Assembly: GCA_963741945.1 (NCBI GenBank)
Contig: CAVUKA010000003.1
Coordinates: 320,001-384,000 of the forward strand
Length of the DNA stretch: 64,000 nucleotides
Direction: 5' to 3'
Source: an uncultured Gemmatimonadales bacterium
Lineage (GTDB): Bacteria > Gemmatimonadota > Gemmatimonadetes > Longimicrobiales > RSA9
Made by a program: the position numbers and the translations under genes. Under the pieces are notes generated by a model that was given only the letters and a program-made list of their open reading frames with translations, was not told the DNA's origin and did not search any database. Positions 59,433-64,000 of the stretch are shown in pieces (position 1 is the first letter of the stretch; the number at the start of each line of letters is the position of its first letter).

Positions 59433-59448
59433 GGGCACGCGGGTTGCC
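59433..59448 (+). promoter_or_regulatory. sigma54-type promoter for egtD
   Basis: gGGCACGcgggTTGCC, a near-consensus match to TGGCACG-N4-TTGC. Confidence 0.6.
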
Positions 59449-59512
59449 TCACGACGGCTGCTCTGGCAGCTTCGCACCGGCGAACGCCCGCACTCGAATC
59501 ACGGAGACCCCG

Positions 59513-60529
59513 TTGGATCGTGCCGCAGACCCACTGCCGATCGAGCCCCTGGTTCCCTCGCGACCGCGTGCCCACGAGGGGCCGGTGAGCGCCGATCCCG
59601 GCAAGGCGGCCATGCGCGCGGAAGTGGCCGAAGGCCTGTCGCGTGAGCCGAGGGAGCTGTCCCCCAAGTGGTTTTACGACCAGCGCGGCTCGGAGCTGTT
59701 CGAGGCCATCACTCGGCTGCCGGAGTACTATCCGACGCGCGCCGAGCGGCGCCTGCTCGTGGAGGAGGCGCCCGCCTGGGTCCGGGATCTGGCGCCCGGG
59801 ACGCTGGTGGAGCTGGGGGCCGGAGCGGCCGACAAGACCCGGGCGCTGCTGGACGCCATGGTCGCCCACGCCGCCGGCCCCCTGGCGTTCGTGCCCGTGG
59901 ACATCAGCGGCGACTACCTGGCCAATGTGGCCGCGGTGCTCCGGCGCGACTACGCCACCGTGGATGTACGGCCCGTGGTCGCCGACATGTCCCGGGGCTT
60001 CCACGTCCCCGACGGCCTCCCCGCTCCGATCCTGTTCGCCCTGCTCGGCGGGACCATCGGCAACTTCGACGGCGCCGCCGCGCGCGAGCTGCTGCGGCGT
60101 ATCCGGGCGGAGATGGCGCCGGGCGACCGCTTCCTCATGGGCGTGGACCTCGTGAAGGAGACGGCCATCCTGGAGGCCGCCTACAACGATGCAGCCGGGG
60201 TGACCGCAGAGTTCAACCTGAACGTGCTCCGTGTCCTGAACCGCGAGCTGGGCGCCGATTTCGACCTGGACGCATTCCACCACGCCGCGCACTATGATCC
60301 CGACCGCACCCGCATCGAAATGCACCTGGTGGCGAACGCTCCCACCCACGTCACCATCCCGGGCGCCGGGACGTTCGAGTTCGCCGCGGGGGAGTCGATC
60401 CGGACCGAGATCAGCTGCAAGTATCGGCGTCCGGAAGCGGAAGCGCTGTTCCGGGATGCCGGGCTCAGCATGAGGGATTGGGTCACGACCGAGCCCGGCT
60501 TCGCGCTCACGCTGGCCGCGCCCGACTAG
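59513..60529 (+). CDS. egtD: L-histidine N-alpha-methyltransferase
   Basis: PKWFYDQRGSELFEAITRLPEYYPTRAE, ELGAG, LGGTIGNF, AYNDAAGVTAEFNLN, IEMHL, TEISCKY. Start TTG 59513 (GGAG RBS); alternatives 59585 and 59612. Confidence 0.94.
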   Translation: MDRAADPLPIEPLVPSRPRAHEGPVSADPGKAAMRAEVAEGLSREPRELSPKWFYDQRGSELFEAITRLPEYYPTRAERRLLVEEAPAWVRDLAPGTLVELGAGAADKTRALLDAMVAHAAGPLAFVPVDISGDYLANVAAVLRRDYATVDVRPVVADMSRGFHVPDGLPAPILFALLGGTIGNFDGAAARELLRRIRAEMAPGDRFLMGVDLVKETAILEAAYNDAAGVTAEFNLNVLRVLNRELGADFDLDAFHHAAHYDPDRTRIEMHLVANAPTHVTIPGAGTFEFAAGESIRTEISCKYRRPEAEALFRDAGLSMRDWVTTEPGFALTLAAPD

Positions 60530-60639
60530 CGGCACGCGCCCGGGTCCGCGCTGCCGGGGGCAGCGCCGGGCGCTGCGTTGCGGGCGCCGGGCGGCGTCCG
60601 CATCTTGACGCCCATTCCGGCTCCAATCCCCGATCTCAC

Positions 60640-62619
60640 ATGGCCAACTTCACCCCCATCGACTGGTTCTGGGCGACCGCGTTCCTGCTGCTGATGGTCG
60701 GCGGCGCGTTCCTCTTCTATCGCTTGGGGCGTCGCTCGGAGAGCGATTTCTTCCTGGCGGGCCGCGGCCTGCCCTGGTGGCTGCCGGCGTCGTCCGTGTT
60801 CTCCACCCACACGGCCACGGACACGCCCATGTGGATCACGGGGACCGTCTACGTCCACGGACTGCGCGGGCTCTGGTACACGTTCTTCACCGCGTGGACG
60901 GCCATTGGCAGCTTCGTCTCCGCCCGGATCTTCCGCCGCTCCCTGGCCTACACGCAGGCGGAATGGCAGGTGTTGCGCTTCGGCGGGCTCGGCGCCGAGC
61001 TGCTGCGCGGGTGGATGGCCGGCTGGCAGGTCTTCATGAACATGTTCATCCTCGGCTGGGTGGGCATCGCCATGGGGAAGGTCGGGGCCATGGCGTTCGG
61101 CTGGCCCGTCTGGATCGGTCTCGTCGTCCCCACCCTGATCACGGCCGTCTACACGCTGGCCGCCGGCTACTGGGGCGTGGTCATGGGTGACTTCCTCCAG
61201 GGCATCGTGGCCGTCTTCGCCATCGTGCTGGTCTCCCTCGTGGGGATCGCGGCCGCCGGCGGTGGCGTGGGTGTGGTGGACGGCCTCCACCGCATGGGCG
61301 AGTCCTGGCGACTCGACCCGTTCCACTTCACCGGACTCCTCTCGGGCGACTTCCCCGTGGCCTGGTTCGCCACCATGCTGGTCATCGCCGTCGTCGGCGG
61401 CTTCGGCATGGGGACGAGCATCGACTGGTACGCGGAAGCGCAGCGGATCCAGAGCGCCCGCACCGTGCGCGACGCCAGCTACGGACTGTTCGCGGGCGGC
61501 CTGGCGACGCTGGTGCGGAACGGGTTCTGGGCGGCGAGCATCGTCGCCTTCTTCGTTCTCGTTCCGGGAATGACGAACGGGGCGGAGTACGAGCTCGGCT
61601 GGTTCCGCATGGGGTTCGGACTGCTCCCGGCCGGCCTCGTGGGCGTGTTCTTCGGCGCGATCCTGGCCATCCACATGTCCACCATTTCGAGCCACCTGAA
61701 CATGGGCGCGCTCTACTTCACCCGTGACCTGTATCAGCGCTATTTCCGTCCCGAGGCGGGCGAGCGGGAGCTGGTGCGTGTGGGACGGGTGATCACGGCG
61801 GTGCTTCTGGTGGGCTCGTTCTTCTACGGGCTCATGATGACGGAGATCACGCAATGGCTGATCTTCGCCCTGTGGCTCATGATGGCGGGCATCTGGCTCC
61901 CCAACATCCTGCAGGTGGTCTGGTGGCGCTTCAACGCGTGGGGCTACCTGAGCGCGTGGATCGCCAACCTCGGCGTGTCCTGGCTCGTGGTCTGGGTGCT
62001 CCCGGCCTTCCACGTGCTCCCCGTTCTCCCGGACCACTTCCAGTTCTGGCTCCTCATGGCGCTCGGCGCCGCCGTCTTCCTTCCCGCCACGCTCCTCACC
62101 CGGCCGGAGAAGATGGATCACCTGGTGCGCTACTACGTCATGACGCGGCCGCTGGGGTGGTGGGAGCCGGTCCATCGGGAAGCGGTGCGACGCGGGCTGC
62201 TCTCGGATCATCCTGCCCCCGGCGGTTCGATCCCGGCGGGGGCGGGCGGGCGCTCGAGCTCGGCCACCCGCCGGCCCCTCATCCGGCGGGCATGGACGCC
62301 GAAGGAGGCGGAGGGATGGTCGCGGGAGGACTGGATCGTGATCGTGCTTGCGCCCGTCGTATACGCGCTCACCATGCTGGGCGTGGCGCTGGCGCTGCTG
62401 GCGCGGCCCGTCGGGTGGGCCATGCTGCTCTCCGCGCTCGTCCTGGGCACGCTCATGTACTGGGTCATCGACCCGAAGCTGCGCGCGGTGTCCGTGGAGT
62501 ACGAGGAGCGCCAGGCGGCGTACCTCAAGGACCTGGAGCGCGTGCTCCGCTGGGAGGAGCCCATCGGCGACCCGGCCGAGCCCGCAGACCCGCTCTCGCC
62601 CACCCGGGGAGGAGGTTGA
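60640..62619 (+). CDS. Sodium:solute symporter (SSS) with a fused C-terminal two-helix module
   Basis: DFFLAGRGLPWW, GYWGVVMGDFLQ, AQRIQSAR, LLPAGLVG, MSTISSHLN, WWRFNAWG. Confidence 0.92.
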   Translation: MANFTPIDWFWATAFLLLMVGGAFLFYRLGRRSESDFFLAGRGLPWWLPASSVFSTHTATDTPMWITGTVYVHGLRGLWYTFFTAWTAIGSFVSARIFRRSLAYTQAEWQVLRFGGLGAELLRGWMAGWQVFMNMFILGWVGIAMGKVGAMAFGWPVWIGLVVPTLITAVYTLAAGYWGVVMGDFLQGIVAVFAIVLVSLVGIAAAGGGVGVVDGLHRMGESWRLDPFHFTGLLSGDFPVAWFATMLVIAVVGGFGMGTSIDWYAEAQRIQSARTVRDASYGLFAGGLATLVRNGFWAASIVAFFVLVPGMTNGAEYELGWFRMGFGLLPAGLVGVFFGAILAIHMSTISSHLNMGALYFTRDLYQRYFRPEAGERELVRVGRVITAVLLVGSFFYGLMMTEITQWLIFALWLMMAGIWLPNILQVVWWRFNAWGYLSAWIANLGVSWLVVWVLPAFHVLPVLPDHFQFWLLMALGAAVFLPATLLTRPEKMDHLVRYYVMTRPLGWWEPVHREAVRRGLLSDHPAPGGSIPAGAGGRSSSATRRPLIRRAWTPKEAEGWSREDWIVIVLAPVVYALTMLGVALALLARPVGWAMLLSALVLGTLMYWVIDPKLRAVSVEYEERQAAYLKDLERVLRWEEPIGDPAEPADPLSPTRGGG

Positions 62620-62620
62620 A

Positions 62621-62785
62621 ATGGACCGGGGGCTCGTGACGCTGATCGGGATGAGCATCGCCTACGTGGCTTCGTTCATCGGGATGGGGCTGGCGTGGTG
62701 GGCTTGGCGACGGCGCGATGACGAGCGGAAATCCCGCTCGGGCAGCCCGCCGCCGGCCCGGAAATCGGAGGGAAACGGCGAATGA
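62621..62785 (+). CDS. Single-pass membrane microprotein (54 aa)
   Basis: MDRGLVTLIGMSIAYVASFIGMGLAWWAWRRR...; GGAGGT RBS; starts 1 nt after the SSS stop. Confidence 0.8.
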   Translation: MDRGLVTLIGMSIAYVASFIGMGLAWWAWRRRDDERKSRSGSPPPARKSEGNGE

Positions 62786-62907
62786 ACGGGATCGCATCAC
62801 CCCTGACCGGCAGCGTTTTCTGGTCCTGGCTCGTCCCCGCCGCCGTCTTCCTCGTTGCCGCCGGCGCGACCTGGCTCCTCTACCGGGCGTTCGCGGAGCG
62901 CGAGTAG
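62782..62907 (+). CDS. Single-pass membrane microprotein (41 aa; not in the ORF track)
   Basis: MNGIASPLTGSVFWSWLVPAAVFLVAAGATWLLYRAFAERE*; ATGA overlap; GGAGG upstream; G/C-ending codons. Confidence 0.78.
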   Translation: MNGIASPLTGSVFWSWLVPAAVFLVAAGATWLLYRAFAERE

Positions 62908-62947
62908 CCCGCATCCGCGAAGCCGACGCGGCGAGGCGGCGCCCGTG

Positions 62948-64000
62948 TCAGCGGGTCTGCGAGGGCGCGCCGGCACCGGAGGGACCGCACCCGAGCCAGA
63001 GCGGGTGCGCCTCGGTGTTGAACACCACGCTGTCGAAGTCCAGCGACCCGGGCGAAGCGAGCAGCCACGCGTACTTCAGCGTTTCCGCCAGGAAGAACGA
63101 CTGCATGGCGTCGCGGAGCTCCATGGTGCGCACATCCCTCACGTCGGCGAACCCGTACGGAGTGCGCGTGTGCTCCACCACCGCTTCGAACATGCGCAGG
63201 CCGAGATCCCGCCAGTGCTCGTCCCCCGTGATCCGGAAGAGGTAGTAGGCCGATTCGATGGCTTCCGGACGCAGCACGTAGCCGGGGCTCGTGACCGTCA
63301 TGCTGGAATAGTCCAGCTCTTCGGGCTCGATGCCGTGCAGCGCCCACATCCTGCCGACACTCTCCTCCAGCTGCCGCGCCGCGTCCAGGTCGCCGGCCAG
63401 AGCGAGGACGGCGGGGAGGAAGGCGTGGAGCGCGCCAAAACGCGTATCGAGGCGCTGTCCCGTGTTCATGTCCACGGTGCTGTACCAGAGGCCGCCGAAG
63501 CGGGTGTCGGCCTCGTAGCGGTTCACGGCGGCGATGCCGTCCTCGTACTTCCGCCGCAGGTCGGGGTTGCCGAGCAGAATCGATCCCTTCAGCAGGTACT
63601 CGTACCAGGAATCGATGCCGCCTCCCACGTGCGACACCGGGCGGGTCCACTCGCCGGTGGTGACATCGATCTGCTCCCCCACCAGCCCGAGCGGCGAACG
63701 GCGGTGCCACACGCTCCAGACCGCCCGGAGCGCGGCGGCGTAGTAGCGAGGATCGCCGGTGAGGCGCGAGAGGGTGCCGAACTCCAGCACGAGCGTGCCG
63801 ATCTCTGCCGGATTGCTGAGGGAGTCCCTCACGGCCCCGGTCCGGAGGTTGACGAACCGGAACGGCATCCCGGTGGGAGAGTGGAAGGCGGGGAGCAGGC
63901 GGTCGCCCAGGTCCGTCGCCAGGCGGAGCCAGCGCGGGTCGCCCTCCATCTCGTATGCGGTGAGGAGCGCGCCCAGGTGCCGGATCGTGATCTCGAACAC
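62948..64000 (-). CDS. GH47 alpha-1,2-mannosidase (5' end outside the window)
   Basis: FEITIRHLGALL, AEIGTLVLEF, DSWYEYLLK, LRPEAIES, MQSFFLAETLKY, FNTEAHP. Confidence 0.94.
   Translation of the reverse strand: MFEITIRHLGALLTAYEMEGDPRWLRLATDLGDRLLPAFHSPTGMPFRFVNLRTGAVRDSLSNPAEIGTLVLEFGTLSRLTGDPRYYAAALRAVWSVWHRRSPLGLVGEQIDVTTGEWTRPVSHVGGGIDSWYEYLLKGSILLGNPDLRRKYEDGIAAVNRYEADTRFGGLWYSTVDMNTGQRLDTRFGALHAFLPAVLALAGDLDAARQLEESVGRMWALHGIEPEELDYSSMTVTSPGYVLRPEAIESAYYLFRITGDEHWRDLGLRMFEAVVEHTRTPYGFADVRDVRTMELRDAMQSFFLAETLKYAWLLASPGSLDFDSVVFNTEAHPLWLGCGPSGAGAPSQTR

Overview
A roughly 70% GC, gene-dense bacterial core-chromosome segment with about 59 CDS. I found no rRNA, tRNA, CRISPR array, prophage or IS element. 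Gene content and protein style suggest Gemmatimonadota (FCB group); this is an inference, not a search result. Housekeeping genes include glmS (partial), glmM, purD, mutM, lepA, mfd, two SurA/PpiC PPIases, pdxA-ftsE-ftsX-envC-holB, moaC, guaB, pruA, mrp/nifU and egtD. Most long ORFs in the supplied track are antisense or off-frame shadows. The main signals of interest are: (1) a SigW-like ECF sigma/anti-sigma operon with four GAAAC-N17-CGTA promoters in the window, one of which uses the sigma gene's own stop codon as part of its -35; (2) a translationally coupled STAS-HATPase plus STAS-wHTH pair, resembling a partner switch, at the end of a GT2/GT29-like/ROK/PfkB operon; (3) a GAAC-N7-GAAC SOS-box-like repeat upstream of a Cho/UvrC-like nuclease; (4) four sigma54-like promoters; (5) enrichment of Bacteroidota-type D-S/T O-glycosylation sequons in exported PPIases; (6) an SSS transporter with a fused C-terminal module and two coupled membrane microproteins, next to a GH47 mannosidase; (7) an eRF1-like protein lacking GGQ; (8) a 4 x 23 bp tandem repeat built on a stop codon.
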